Shown: one piece after another, positions 50,840 to 62,447 of the stretch
How the letters are laid out: every line of letters starts with the position of its first letter
Numbering within the stretch: the stretch's first letter is position 1
Assembly (NCBI GenBank): GCA_965248255.1
Contig: CBDFIW010000002.1
Coordinates: 276,162-340,161, forward strand
Direction: 5' to 3'
DNA length: 64,000 bases
DNA from: Bryobacterales bacterium
GTDB lineage: Bacteria > Acidobacteriota > Terriglobia > Bryobacterales > UBA6623
The notes under the pieces: generated by a model
What the model was told of the DNA's origin: nothing
The model's database searches: none
What the model saw: the letters and a program-made list of their open reading frames with translations, nothing else
Translations under genes and position numbers: made by a program

Positions 50840-52366
50840 TCACTTCTTGATGTTGTAGAGGAAAGCAAACTGCAAACGCACCTCCGTGCCGGAGTAATCC
50901 GGCGGCAACGGCGGGAAAGGGTTCGAGGCGCTGATGCCGGCGACCGCGGCGCGGTCGAGCGGGCTGGCACCCGACGATTTGGCGATTACAAGCTTCGAGA
51001 CCGTTCCATTGCGGACGATGGCGAGCTGGATATGCACTCGCCCCCGGCTCATGCCGAGCCGGGCGCTTTCGGGGACGACGGCGTACCAGTTGCGCCTCAC
51101 GGCTGCGAGGATCTGAATCAAGTAAGGACGGAAGTCGACTCCTTTCGGATCACTCAACAGCTCGAGGTTGCTCCCGGTGTTACCTGACGACGGTGGTAGG
51201 TAGCCGCCCGGCCCACCGGTCCTGATTGTGTCGCCGACCGCCTGCCGCGAGGGCCTTCCGCCGCTCGTGGAAAGGCTTTGGATCGCCCCCTGGACGATCT
51301 GTCCCGGCCGAGCATTCAAACCCAGACTGCCAAGCTCCAGCGGCCCTTCACGTCCTGGTAGCCCGCTCCTGGGATCCTGGAGCGCGAGCTTTGGCGGACG
51401 AGTCGAGCGGGACGGCCGCCGGGGCATCGGCAGCTCACTGGGTCCCCATTTCCGCGACAGTCGAGCACCGGGCCGGAAGTCCTCGGGATTCGGGCTCTGC
51501 GCAGCCTTAGGGGCCGGAGGCTGCTCGGTGGGTGCTTCTTCAGGCTTCGGTGGTTGCGGTTCGACTTCGATCTTGGGAGGCTCTGGCTCGGCCGCGGTTT
51601 CCGGCGTGGGCTCGGGCGAGGGGGGCGCCGGCGTCGGCTCCTCGGGAAACACGAGCGCAGGCGTGGCGGTCTCCTTAGGTCCTTCGAACTCCAAGGTGAG
51701 AGGTCCCTTGCTTGGCCCAGGCTGCGTCAGCTCGCGTAGAACCGAGTCCGGCGGGGCCAGCAAGGTAATCTCGGGAAACGATCGAGCCTCGCGCAGATCC
51801 CGCGGCTGGACCACGACGAAGCCGGGCTGCAGCAGCAAAAGGGTCACGAGCACCGAATGGACGGCCAGCGAGAGGACCCCCGCCATGCGCGCGCGAGGGT
51901 GGCTAAGATGCCGGTCCCATTCGACTTCGACGTCCAGACTCTGCTCAGCGCCGCCGAGCACTTTGAACGGCTTGTGGCTGCCAAGAGCCCGCTCGGGCCC
52001 GATAGCAGGCGCGTGAGCACCGTTGTCCGCCCAGGGCTTAGGGGCCAAAGGACTACTCGGCTCATAGTCCTCGAGTAGGAGCTTCGGGCCGGGAAGCTTC
52101 GAGCGGCGAGCGGCCTCAGCGGAACGCTGCGCGGCGGCTTCGTCGAACCCATCCCACCAGCGGGTCGATCGCGAGCCGTAATCATCGAGCAGGAGAAGAA
52201 CGTCTTGAGACGGCCTTGTCCGCACGGGCGGCGCGCTTCGAGCGGACCCCTGTGCGCTCGTCCCGCCGGTCAGGGCCGCCGACTGGTCGAGCCACTGCCC
52301 GGTTCGAGTCCCGTAGTCCTCGATGAGCAGCTTGAGTTCACTTTTCGGACTGCTCTGCGGTTTCAC
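50840..52366 (-). CDS. TonB/TolA family protein
   Basis: TM SLAVHS motif, Pro-rich linker, and C-terminal GVDFRPYL..VRRNW..SSG..LDRAAVAGI..PFPPLP. Confidence 0.85.
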   Translation of the reverse strand: MKPQSSPKSELKLLIEDYGTRTGQWLDQSAALTGGTSAQGSARSAPPVRTRPSQDVLLLLDDYGSRSTRWWDGFDEAAAQRSAEAARRSKLPGPKLLLEDYEPSSPLAPKPWADNGAHAPAIGPERALGSHKPFKVLGGAEQSLDVEVEWDRHLSHPRARMAGVLSLAVHSVLVTLLLLQPGFVVVQPRDLREARSFPEITLLAPPDSVLRELTQPGPSKGPLTLEFEGPKETATPALVFPEEPTPAPPSPEPTPETAAEPEPPKIEVEPQPPKPEEAPTEQPPAPKAAQSPNPEDFRPGARLSRKWGPSELPMPRRPSRSTRPPKLALQDPRSGLPGREGPLELGSLGLNARPGQIVQGAIQSLSTSGGRPSRQAVGDTIRTGGPGGYLPPSSGNTGSNLELLSDPKGVDFRPYLIQILAAVRRNWYAVVPESARLGMSRGRVHIQLAIVRNGTVSKLVIAKSSGASPLDRAAVAGISASNPFPPLPPDYSGTEVRLQFAFLYNIKK

Positions 52367-53321
52367 TCTTTCCGCCGGCTAGAGTTCGGGCGACGACCTG
52401 AGAATGCCGCTCGATCTCCTCTATTATTCTAAGTCCGACTTCGAGAACGCCCCGGGCGTCTTCCCCTGCAATGCGCGGTCGCCGGCGCTCGGCGACCGCA
52501 GCCACGAAGGCTTCGGCCTGGCGGACCAGCGGCTCCGCCTTCGAGACGGTCAATGGGCGGTACTGGATCTCAAACGACCCATCGACCCCCGAGGCATACC
52601 CGTCCTGGCGTGCGTAATCGATCGACATGTATTGACGAGGCTCGAACAGCCGCAGTTTCCGGATCTTTTCGGTCGAGATGCGGCTGGCAGTGAGGTTCGC
52701 GACGCACCCGTTCTCAAAGATCAAACGAACGCTGGCGATATCCGCCTTGGCCGAAAGAATCGGGATGCCGCTGGCTTCGAGCCGCTGGATGGGACTGTCG
52801 ACCATGCTCAGCACGATGTCGAGGTCGTGGATCATCAGATCGAGGATCACATCCACATCGAGACTACGGGGCGAGAACGTACTCATGCGGTGGATCTCGA
52901 AGAATAGCGGCAGCGTGGCCGCCTGTTGCACGGCTTCGACGACGGGGTTGAAGCGCTCAAGATGCCCAACCTGCAGGATGCGGCCGTTGGCCTCGGCGGC
53001 GTCGATGAGGTCCTGCGCAGACTTGAGATCCGGGGCGATCGGTTTCTCGACGAGGACGTCGATGCCCGACTCGAGCAGGGCGATCCCCACGGCAGCATGC
53101 GCCGCCGTGGGAACGGCCACCACGGCGCTGTCTACCTTCCCCGCGAGTTGCTTGTAGTCGGTGAGGGCGCGGCAACCGAATTCACCGGCGACCGCCTCGG
53201 CGATCCCGGGGTCTTGGTCGACTACCGCGACAAGCTCTGCGCCCGGCAGTGACGCCAAGACGCGCGCGTGTTGCCGGCCGAACGTGCCGACACCAATGAC
53301 GGCGATGCGGGTTGGCGGCAT
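52338..53321 (-). CDS. Gfo/Idh/MocA oxidoreductase (GnnA-like)
   Basis: VIGVGTFG, LVEKPIA, VGHLERFNP, DVILDLMIHDLD and ANLTASRIS. Confidence 0.85.
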   Translation of the reverse strand: MPPTRIAVIGVGTFGRQHARVLASLPGAELVAVVDQDPGIAEAVAGEFGCRALTDYKQLAGKVDSAVVAVPTAAHAAVGIALLESGIDVLVEKPIAPDLKSAQDLIDAAEANGRILQVGHLERFNPVVEAVQQAATLPLFFEIHRMSTFSPRSLDVDVILDLMIHDLDIVLSMVDSPIQRLEASGIPILSAKADIASVRLIFENGCVANLTASRISTEKIRKLRLFEPRQYMSIDYARQDGYASGVDGSFEIQYRPLTVSKAEPLVRQAEAFVAAVAERRRPRIAGEDARGVLEVGLRIIEEIERHSQVVARTLAGGKSETAEQSEK

Positions 53322-53363
53322 GATTGGGGACTATCGGTCGCGGCGTGGCGTGACCCGAGGGAG

Positions 53364-54692
53364 TTACGCCTTGCGCGGCGGCTTGTCGACGACTTTCTCT
53401 CGTGCGGGATCGAAGTAAAGCACCCGGCCGCGGCGGTAGCTCTCGACCGCCATCGAGATGGTCACCTGCGCGCGGTAGGCCGTCTCGGCATCGAGGACGG
53501 GCTTCTGGCGGGTGCGCATACATTCGAAGAAGTTCGCCATGTGAGAATCTCTGGGCGTTGGGTCCACGGGGATTTGCACTGACTTGTAACCCCACTTGCC
53601 GACGAACTTCTCCTGATGGGGCCGCTCACTCGAAACGGTGATGTAATCGGTGCGGCCCTCGAACTTGCCGTGATCGACCATGGTAATCGTGCCCTCTTGG
53701 CCGCGAATCAATCCCGGGATATGAGTCGAGTTGGCCATGGACGAGCTGAGCACGAGCGAATGGCCCTTGGCGAAGTCAGCCAGCAGGTTAAACGTGTCAG
53801 GCACTTCACGGTCCTTGAAAGCGTAGACGCCGCCGCTAGCGGTGACGCGGTACGGGAACTGGGCCTCACCCCAGCAGATATTAAGTGGCGCTACGACGTG
53901 ATAGAAGAGGTCGGTGGCAATGCCGCCCGAGTAGTCCCAGAACTTGCGGAAACGGAAGAAACGCTCGGGATCCCGCGAACGTTTGGGCGCCGGACCCAGC
54001 CAGGTTTTCCAGTCGATGTAGTTCTCGCCGCCGGCTTGCGGGCCGGCATCGGCATCGATATCCCAGTTCCACTCACCACGGATCAAATTGCGGTGGTAGG
54101 ACCCTTGGCTCGTCAGCAGCGTGCCGATCATGCCATCCTCGATGGCTTTACGGGCGTGCCACCACTGCTGGGCCGAGGTCGTCTGTGAACCGACCTGAAG
54201 CACGCCGCCTGTTTCCTTGACTTTGCCGGCGACCCTGCGGGCCTCTTCGATGGTGTGGCACATCGGCTTTTCGAGGTAGACGTCTTTGCCCTGGTCGAGA
54301 GCCTCAAGCGCGATTTTTCCGTGCCAGTGGTCAGGCGTGGCCACGACGACCGCGTCCACATCGGGCCGCGAAAGCACTTCGCGGTAGTCCAGGGTCGCGA
54401 ACTCCGCCTTGGAGCGTTCTTGGGCCAGCCGTTTGCGCTTCTCATAGACATCGCACACAGCAGTGACCTGCAAGTCGCCGCGCTCCTCGGCCATGCGAAG
54501 GATCAGGCGCATCAGGCTGCCGCCGCGTCCGCCGACGCCGACCAGGCCGACGTTGATGCGGTCATTGGCTCCGACGACTCGGCCGGCAGCGGGCCTGGCG
54601 GCTGCTGCAACCGCCGGCGAAGCGGCGGCCAGCGACCCGACGCTCACCGCGGTCCTGACAAAGTCTCTGCGGTTCACACCTGGTTTCGGCAT
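53364..54692 (-). CDS. Tat-exported Gfo/Idh/MocA oxidoreductase
   Basis: NRRDF signal, [28 protein letters not shown] and WDYSGG. Confidence 0.9.
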   Translation of the reverse strand: MPKPGVNRRDFVRTAVSVGSLAAASPAVAAAARPAAGRVVGANDRINVGLVGVGGRGGSLMRLILRMAEERGDLQVTAVCDVYEKRKRLAQERSKAEFATLDYREVLSRPDVDAVVVATPDHWHGKIALEALDQGKDVYLEKPMCHTIEEARRVAGKVKETGGVLQVGSQTTSAQQWWHARKAIEDGMIGTLLTSQGSYHRNLIRGEWNWDIDADAGPQAGGENYIDWKTWLGPAPKRSRDPERFFRFRKFWDYSGGIATDLFYHVVAPLNICWGEAQFPYRVTASGGVYAFKDREVPDTFNLLADFAKGHSLVLSSSMANSTHIPGLIRGQEGTITMVDHGKFEGRTDYITVSSERPHQEKFVGKWGYKSVQIPVDPTPRDSHMANFFECMRTRQKPVLDAETAYRAQVTISMAVESYRRGRVLYFDPAREKVVDKPPRKA

Positions 54693-54960
54693 CTTTGTTC
54701 CAGTCCCTTCAGGGTCGGACTCGGCTCCTGCTTCCCGCCGGACCCTCGCGAGGATTCTAGCAGACAGTGTGAGCGGACCCCCTTGGGAGGTGTCTGAGTT
54801 CGCTGGCCGAGCGCCTGCGCCACCGAATGTGTTGCAGGGTCGAGACGGGCTTCCTCGGGCGTCTCCTGGTGGAAGACGCTCTTTGTACCGCCGCCAATCA
54901 TTTCCAGGCATTTATGTTTAATGGATTGACATTCCTGATCCCCGCTGCTATTCGATACCC

Positions 54961-57152
54961 ATGCCCACCCTCAGAATCACCGATGCTCTCGGCTTCGTCG
55001 TGGAGGCCGAAACCGATCCCGACGCCTCGATCACCAGGTACTTCAGGGACGTCTTGTCATTGAACCTGCGCAAAACGGTCCTCAACCTTCGAAACGCCAC
55101 CCTCAAGGATTTTCCGCTTGCGTCGGTTCGGACCGGACTGGAAGTTGAACAGGACGTTGAAATCGGCAACGAGGACACGGAGTTGACCCTGTCGGCAGGC
55201 GCCACCGCCGGCTTCACGGTTTTCAAAGAGAAGGACGAACCTGTGGTTCCTGGGCGTTTTGGCGAAGCGGCAGCAGTCAAGGTCGGTGAAAACGAAGCCT
55301 GGGTGTCCTTCGACATCACTCCCATGCTCTCGCTGGGGCTGGCCAACCAACGGGGCGATCTGACATTCGGCTTTGAGGCGGGCAAGGAGCTGTCGATCTT
55401 CAACTACCGCCCGTTCGCTCTGACCAACGGGCAACCCACGCTCGCGGGCGCCTTGGCCGACACTGTCAAGGCCTTCAGCGTCCCCGGCGACGTCGATGAC
55501 CTCAAGGCAATGAAGCCCCGGACCATCTTGAGCGTCAAGGGCACGGCGTCGCTGAGTTTCACGGCCGGTCTCGATGTGTCCGCCCGGCCGAACCCGCTCG
55601 CCAGCATCAGTGCTCCGGGTCTGCCCGGATCGATCGACGTGAAGGTTGGCGCTTCTGTCGGTGTGAAATCGTCTTACGCGTTGAGCAGTGATTTCGAGCT
55701 GCGAGCGCGCAAGGTGGAAGGCCAGCGCGTCGAGTTCGGCTACTACAAGAAGCCGGGTGGCGAGTTTAAGGTCGAAGTCACCGGCAGCGCCGGTCTCTCG
55801 GTCGGCCCGGGCGACCGCGATCTCACCGGCCTGATCATGGGGGCCATCAGTAGCAGTCCCGAGGTCGACGAAGAGGAGTTCAAGAATGCGGGCCTCGACG
55901 ACGACAAGATCAAGGCCATTGAAGATGCAGTGAAGGCCGGGATCGACCGCAGCCTCGAGCTCAGTCTGGCCTCTGAGTTCAGCTCGTTGAGAGCGGGCAG
56001 CGCGGCCTTCCTCTACGCGATCGATCTCTACCAATTGCAGGAAGAAGGAGACGCCGCGGTCCGCCTTGCGCTCGACGGCGATCTCACGGGACTGACGGTT
56101 CCCGAGGACGAGCTGCCGGCCGGCATAACGATCCAAACCAGCATTTTCAAGACCATTCGCGAAAGGAAGACCTCAGTAAAGATCAACCTGCTCGGGATCT
56201 TCAACTTCATTTCGGTCACCAAGCTATTGGTTGAGGGCGAAGTTCTCTATAGCCACGAGGCCGGCGAATTGGTGCTCACCGACAAGGCTGCGGCCGAGCG
56301 CATTCGCGCCACCGTACGCAACTTTGCCGCCGACCCCGAGAAGCTTCACAAGGTGCAGATGGAGAGTTTCCTGTTGACAGCCGCCTGCCGTGGAAGCAGG
56401 CTCGCCGTCGCGCCCCCCCTGCTGAAGTCCACGCACGGCTACTTCGAGCTACACGCCCGCACGAACGGGCAGACGATGAAGGACAACCTGGATGTTGCCG
56501 AGGCTCTCCGCCTGATGTCGGCTTCGACGAAAGCCGAACTTCTGGAAGGCAGGAACGACTTCGGGCGCTCGACGCTGTATGCCGAGACGGGCTACGAGAA
56601 CGAACTTCTGGCGATGGCCTTTCTCGACTCTGAAGACAATCCCCGCCCAAGGGAGTTCTACGAACGGGCCGGTCGAGGTGCCCTCAAACTCCTCTACCAG
56701 ACGAACGACCCTGACCGTTATCGGCAACGGTCCGCCCTCGATGATGATTTGTGGAAGAAAATGAAGGCCGCCGGCAGCGCGCCCAACGTGATGGCTCTCT
56801 TCCCGGATCTCAACGAGGTTGAAAAAAGAGTAGTCCACTCCGACTACTTGGTCATCGTTTGGTGGGCGAACGCGATGTGCAAGCTAGCCGAGGAGATGGT
56901 CACCGTGCGCAAGTTTTCGACGACCGTCCGGACGCATCGCCCAGTGGTAACGCGGTCAGGAAGGTTCGCGAACGCTTCCGCAAGAGAGTTGCCGAGGTGG
57001 CCAAGACCACCAAGAAGCAGTTCGGGGACCCGTGGGGACTCATTGCGATGGACTTGGCGACCGAACAGCGGGCCTCCGCCAGCGTGCGTTTCACCGGCGA
57101 TGTGGTCGCTTACTACGAAGAGAGGGAACAGGCCGAAGGTGCACCTGTGTAG
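54961..57152 (+). CDS. Large hypothetical protein (~730 aa) with an apparent frameshift near 56915
   Basis: Long ORF with genome-like codon usage; after AAGTTTTCG the protein-like reading continues in the frame of ORF 56859-57152 (KQFGDPWGLIAM). Confidence 0.65.
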
Positions 57153-57478
57153 AACCGCCTTTCCGGGCCGCGCCTGTGGAGGAGCGGGTTGATGAGGCGG
57201 CAAGCTCGCCGCTGAAACTGATAGGCGCTTAGTTACTGCCTCCACATCGACAGGAATTCTTGACGTGCAGGCGATAAGCGCCCAAAAAGGCGTTCAACAC
57301 AACAGGCACCTAGTCCGCGAAGCGGACGGCGGACAATAGCCCACGGTGGAGCCGCAGGCGGAACCGTGGGTCAAAGAACCTAGCGTGGACCCCAAGGCCG
57401 AGACAAGCAGTTAACCCCGCTTTTGCCATTCGCTGAAAAATCGTTGTCTTGCCAGCCGGCTGGGTGCACAATGGCCCT

Positions 57479-57638
57479 AGCTGGTGAAGCGGAGGCCGGC
57501 TCTGCTGGAGAGCAACCGGCCAAGGAATAGCCAGCCGGAGACTCATCGAAACGATGAGACAGGGGGCGGCCACCTCGCCGCTCCCTGCTTCTGTCCCCCC
57601 ATCGGATCGATAGATCTCCCGATGCCTCAAAAAACTCA
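57479..57638 (+). ncRNA. Candidate IS3-embedded structured RNA, copy B
   Basis: TTGTCT-17-CACAAT promoter (57444-57472) followed by a multi-stem sequence homologous to 27244-27409. Confidence 0.6.
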
Positions 57639-58493
57639 TGCCCCCACCTCCACCGCACCCGCCCCGCGGCGCAGCTGCCGCTCGAATTCCGCCGGCGGCC
57701 GATACCCCAACGCCGAGTGCAGCCGTCGCTGATTGTAGGTCCGCTCCAGGAAGTCACCGATCCGTGCCTGCGCGTCGGCCAGGTCGCGATACTCGCTGCG
57801 ATCCACTTCCTCGCCCTTGAGCGTTCGGAAAAAGCTCTCACGGCGCGCGTTGTCGTAGGGGTTCCCCTTCCGACTCATGCTGATCCGAATCTGATGCTGG
57901 GTGAGCAACTGCGTATAGGCCTGGCTAGCATACTGCACGCCGCGGTCGGAATGATGCACCAGCCCTGGCCGCACCCGCCGCTTCGCCAGCGCCATCTGCA
58001 GCGCCGCCAGCGGCAGCGTGTGATCCAGGCCCGTTCCCAGCTGCCAACCGATCACCCGCCGCGAATAAGCGTCCAGCAACACCGCCAGATAGAGGAACTC
58101 CTCGTTGAACCGGATGTAGGTGAGGTCTCCCACCCACAGCTGATTCACCCCGTCCAGAGCCAGCGTCGGCGCCAGGTTCGGGTACACCGCCAGCCCGTGT
58201 TGCGCATCGCTCGTCACCACAAACTTGCGTTTGAGCCGGCACAACAAGTTCTGTTCCCGCATCTGGCGCTGGACCCGCTTGCGGCTCACTCGCCAACCTT
58301 GTCGCCCGAGCTCTTGGCGGATGCGCCGGCTGCCATGGCTGGGCCATTGCAGCGCCAGCTTGCGGATCTGGCGACGCAGTGGGGGCTCTGGCTCGGCGGG
58401 CTGCGACGCACTCGGTCGGCGGTAAAAACCGGCCCGGCTCAGCCGCGCTAGTTCGCACATCCTCTGCACCGTCAGCTTCGTCGCCCCGCTCAC
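57636..58493 (-). CDS. IS3 family transposase OrfB
   Basis: WVGDLTY, HHSDRGVQY, DNARRESFFRTLKGE and RLHSALGY. Confidence 0.92.
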   Translation of the reverse strand: MSGATKLTVQRMCELARLSRAGFYRRPSASQPAEPEPPLRRQIRKLALQWPSHGSRRIRQELGRQGWRVSRKRVQRQMREQNLLCRLKRKFVVTSDAQHGLAVYPNLAPTLALDGVNQLWVGDLTYIRFNEEFLYLAVLLDAYSRRVIGWQLGTGLDHTLPLAALQMALAKRRVRPGLVHHSDRGVQYASQAYTQLLTQHQIRISMSRKGNPYDNARRESFFRTLKGEEVDRSEYRDLADAQARIGDFLERTYNQRRLHSALGYRPPAEFERQLRRGAGAVEVGA

Positions 58494-58834
58494 TTCCTTC
58501 TCGATCTGTTCGTAGACGTTGCGCCGCCAGGCAGAGCCCGCAGCAGGCGCTGTTCCTCGACACGCTGCCAGGCTCGCTTTAAAAAATCGATCTCCATGGC
58601 CTGCTGGCCGATCTTGCGTTCCAACTCGGCCTCGCGGCCGGGCGGGGGACGCTTTTGGCCCTGGCCGGAGAAGGCGCGCTCACCCTGCGTGCTCAACTCC
58701 CGCCGCCAACGGCGCACATCACTGGGATCCATCTCCAGTGCCCGGGCCACTTCGTTGACCGACTCCCCCGCCTCGATGCGCCGCAGCGCCGTCAACTTGA
58801 ACTCCCTGCTGAACTTCCTACGAGACTTCTTCAT
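58490..58834 (-). CDS. IS3 family transposase OrfA
   Basis: RRKFSREFKL HTH and LERKIGQQAMEIDFLK; GTGA overlap with orfB. Confidence 0.9.
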   Translation of the reverse strand: MKKSRRKFSREFKLTALRRIEAGESVNEVARALEMDPSDVRRWRRELSTQGERAFSGQGQKRPPPGREAELERKIGQQAMEIDFLKRAWQRVEEQRLLRALPGGATSTNRSRRK

Positions 58835-59201
58835 GACTCCAGTTTCTCCTTTCGCTGTACGAAAGGGGTTAACTGGCTGTCTCAAATCCTGGGTCCATTC
58901 CAACCAGTAGAAAGGAGCAGCCCCGGTAGGGGCGTAGGAGGGTTGCCGGAGAACCCTTGGCATCGATTTTTCCTGCGCCCCTTGCGGGGCTTGGGTCCAC
59001 TTCTTCCTGGCTACCCGCGGTTTCGCCCTGACGGGCTTCACCGTGGGCTACTTTCCAGCGCCCCTGCCGGGGCTGAGCCCCTTCGGGGCCATTGAAAAAA
59101 AATGGCTTGCGCAACTTCGACAATTCCTTTTCGATGTGGAGGCGCTAGGCGGCTGGCGGAGGGGTCCCGACGGATGGCCAGGGTGCACATGGCTCTAGGC
59201 A

Positions 59202-60056
59202 TCAGGACGGTCCCGTGAGCCGCCGGCGCGCCTGCCGCGCCGATCGAAACTCCTCCTCCAAGCCTTCCTTGTGGAGGCCCTCTCGAAAGCGCTCGAGCTT
59301 CTCGAGATAGGCCGTCAGCGCCTGCTCAACGTTCGAGGTATTGGTCGCCAAGATGTCCTTCCAGATCTCGTAAGGGCTCTCGGCGAGTCGCGTCATGTCG
59401 TGCAGTCCGGGGCCAGCGATCTCGAGGTGCTCATCGCCCGGCAACTCGTCCGCCATCGCCGACGCCAAGGCGGTCGAGAGGAGTTGCGGCAAATGCGACG
59501 TCCAGGCAACCACCCGGTCATGAGCCTCGGCGGACAGGACAACGGGCTTGGCTCCGATTTTCGTGATCCAACCGGCAAACTCCCTTACGACCGGCTCGTC
59601 CGGCAGGCGCGCTTTCGGGGGAGTCAGCACATAGGTTGCGTCTCGAAAGAGATCCGCGTCCGCAAGCTCGACGCCGCGCTGCTCTTTGCCGGCCATGGGA
59701 TGCCCGCCCACGAACCAAGGCCGCCCGCTGAACAGCTCCTCCGCACGTGTGACGATCTCGCCCTTCGTGCTGCCCGCGTCGGTCACCAGGGCATGCGGGG
59801 GTGTCAGTTCCCGAACCTCCGGCAGCAATGTCAAGATGCGCGAGATCGGCTGGGCCAGGTAGACAAGGTCGCTTTCAGGTACAGCCTCTTCGAGCGCCGC
59901 GCCACGCTCAATCGCTCCTTTTGCGATCGCCGCTTCAACGGTCCGGGGCGAACTGACTCCCAGGATCCGCCCCCGGAAGCCGGCTGCTCTCAAGGCCAAA
60001 CCGAACGAGCCGCCGATCAGGCCGACGCCGACAATCGTTACGGTCTCGATGGCCAT
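59202..60056 (-). CDS. tyrA: Prephenate dehydrogenase
   Basis: VGVGLIGGS, TDAGSTK, GGHPMAG, SHLPQL and DMTRLA. Confidence 0.92.
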   Translation of the reverse strand: MAIETVTIVGVGLIGGSFGLALRAAGFRGRILGVSSPRTVEAAIAKGAIERGAALEEAVPESDLVYLAQPISRILTLLPEVRELTPPHALVTDAGSTKGEIVTRAEELFSGRPWFVGGHPMAGKEQRGVELADADLFRDATYVLTPPKARLPDEPVVREFAGWITKIGAKPVVLSAEAHDRVVAWTSHLPQLLSTALASAMADELPGDEHLEIAGPGLHDMTRLAESPYEIWKDILATNTSNVEQALTAYLEKLERFREGLHKEGLEEEFRSARQARRRLTGPS

Positions 60057-60117
60057 GGGGTCAGATCCGCGTGGGAAGCGGCCCTCGGTCGGGTTGCGGG
60101 GCCGCCGAATGGAGCCG

Positions 60118-60402
60118 TCAATGCGACGAGTTGCGAGCGGCGTCCCCTTCTTGCACGGCGCGCATCTCTTTCATGATGGCCTCGAAGATGCGCCGCACCG
60201 CCTCGTCACTCAGGGGGCCGCGATTGTGGCCTTGCAGATTGTGGACGACTTGCTCTTCCCGTTCGGGTGCGCGGACGGGGATGGAGTTTTGCCGCTTCAG
60301 GGGAGCCAACTGCAAGACATCTTGGGCCCGTTCATTCAGTAGCTCGAGGATCCGGCAGTCGAGTTGATCGATCCGCTCTCGCCATTCAGATACATCATCC
60401 AT
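60118..60402 (-). CDS. Chorismate mutase (AroQ type)
   Basis: WRERIDQLD..ILELLNERA..K..PERE, 94 aa. Confidence 0.9.
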   Translation of the reverse strand: MDDVSEWRERIDQLDCRILELLNERAQDVLQLAPLKRQNSIPVRAPEREEQVVHNLQGHNRGPLSDEAVRRIFEAIMKEMRAVQEGDAARNSSH

Positions 60403-60421
60403 AGGCGACTCCCACCCCCTA

Positions 60422-61231
60422 TCAGGCCGCGCCGTCGAGCCTCAACCCAGCCTTCAGTTGCGCGGCGAGATCTTCGAGCCGTGCGGCCAAGTCGGGCGCG
60501 GCTCGATGTTCTTCGATGACTCGCATGAACGCGCTTCCCACCACCGCTCCGTCGGCATACGGCGCCAGCGCACGCATATGCTCGGGTTTCGACAGCCCGA
60601 AGCCCACCGCCAGCGGCAATGACGTCACGCGGCGCGTGCGTTCGATCAGCGCGACGGCTTGATCGGAGACCGAATCGCGTTCGCCCGTGACCCCTGCCCT
60701 CGAAACAAGATATACGAAACCGGCACTCGATTGCGACAGTTTTTCGAGGCGGCCGTCGGGCGTGGTCTGCGAGACGAGAAAGACCGGGTCGAGACCGTGC
60801 CTGCGCATCTCTACTAGGTAAGGTCCGGCTTCCTCGATGTTGAGGTCGGTCAACAATGCTCCGTCGGCGCCGGCTGCGGCGGCATCCGCCGTAAACGTGT
60901 CAAAGCCGTATCGCAGAATCGGGTTGAGGTAACTGAATACGATGATCGGAATTTCCGACCGGGCGCGGAGGTTCTTGAGGATTCCAAGCACCTTGTGGAG
61001 AGTCGTCCCCGCTTCGAGCGCCCGCTCACCCGCCTTCTGAATCACCGGCCCGTCGGCGATGGGGTCGGAAAACGGCACGCCCAGCTCGATGATGTCCACA
61101 CCACCCTGTTCAAGCGCCAGGACCAGTTCGACGGTGCGGTCCGGGCTGGGGTCGCCGGCGGTAATGTAGGCAATCAGAGCGCGGGTATTCTCTTGCCGAA
61201 GGCGCTCGAAAGTGGTGGTGATACGGCTCAG
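60422..61231 (-). CDS. trpA: Tryptophan synthase alpha chain (apparent CTG start)
   Basis: Frame extends upstream of the listed ORF through LSRITTTFERL..ALIAYITAGDP; ELGVPFSDPIADGPVIQ, GVTG, VGFG and VVGSA. Confidence 0.95.
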   Translation of the reverse strand: MSRITTTFERLRQENTRALIAYITAGDPSPDRTVELVLALEQGGVDIIELGVPFSDPIADGPVIQKAGERALEAGTTLHKVLGILKNLRARSEIPIIVFSYLNPILRYGFDTFTADAAAAGADGALLTDLNIEEAGPYLVEMRRHGLDPVFLVSQTTPDGRLEKLSQSSAGFVYLVSRAGVTGERDSVSDQAVALIERTRRVTSLPLAVGFGLSKPEHMRALAPYADGAVVGSAFMRVIEEHRAAPDLAARLEDLAAQLKAGLRLDGAA

Positions 61232-61236
61232 TTTGT

Positions 61237-62445
<1,209 letters not shown>

Positions 62446-62447
62446 CG

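Larger units (their letters stand above)
57381..58902 (-). mobile_element. IS3 family element B (1522 bp, 3-bp ACC duplication) inserted in a REP-like block (57312-57380 and 58903-59092)
   Basis: Ends TAGCGTGGACCC and GGGTCCATTCCA; ACC at 57378-57380 and 58903-58905. Confidence 0.9.
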
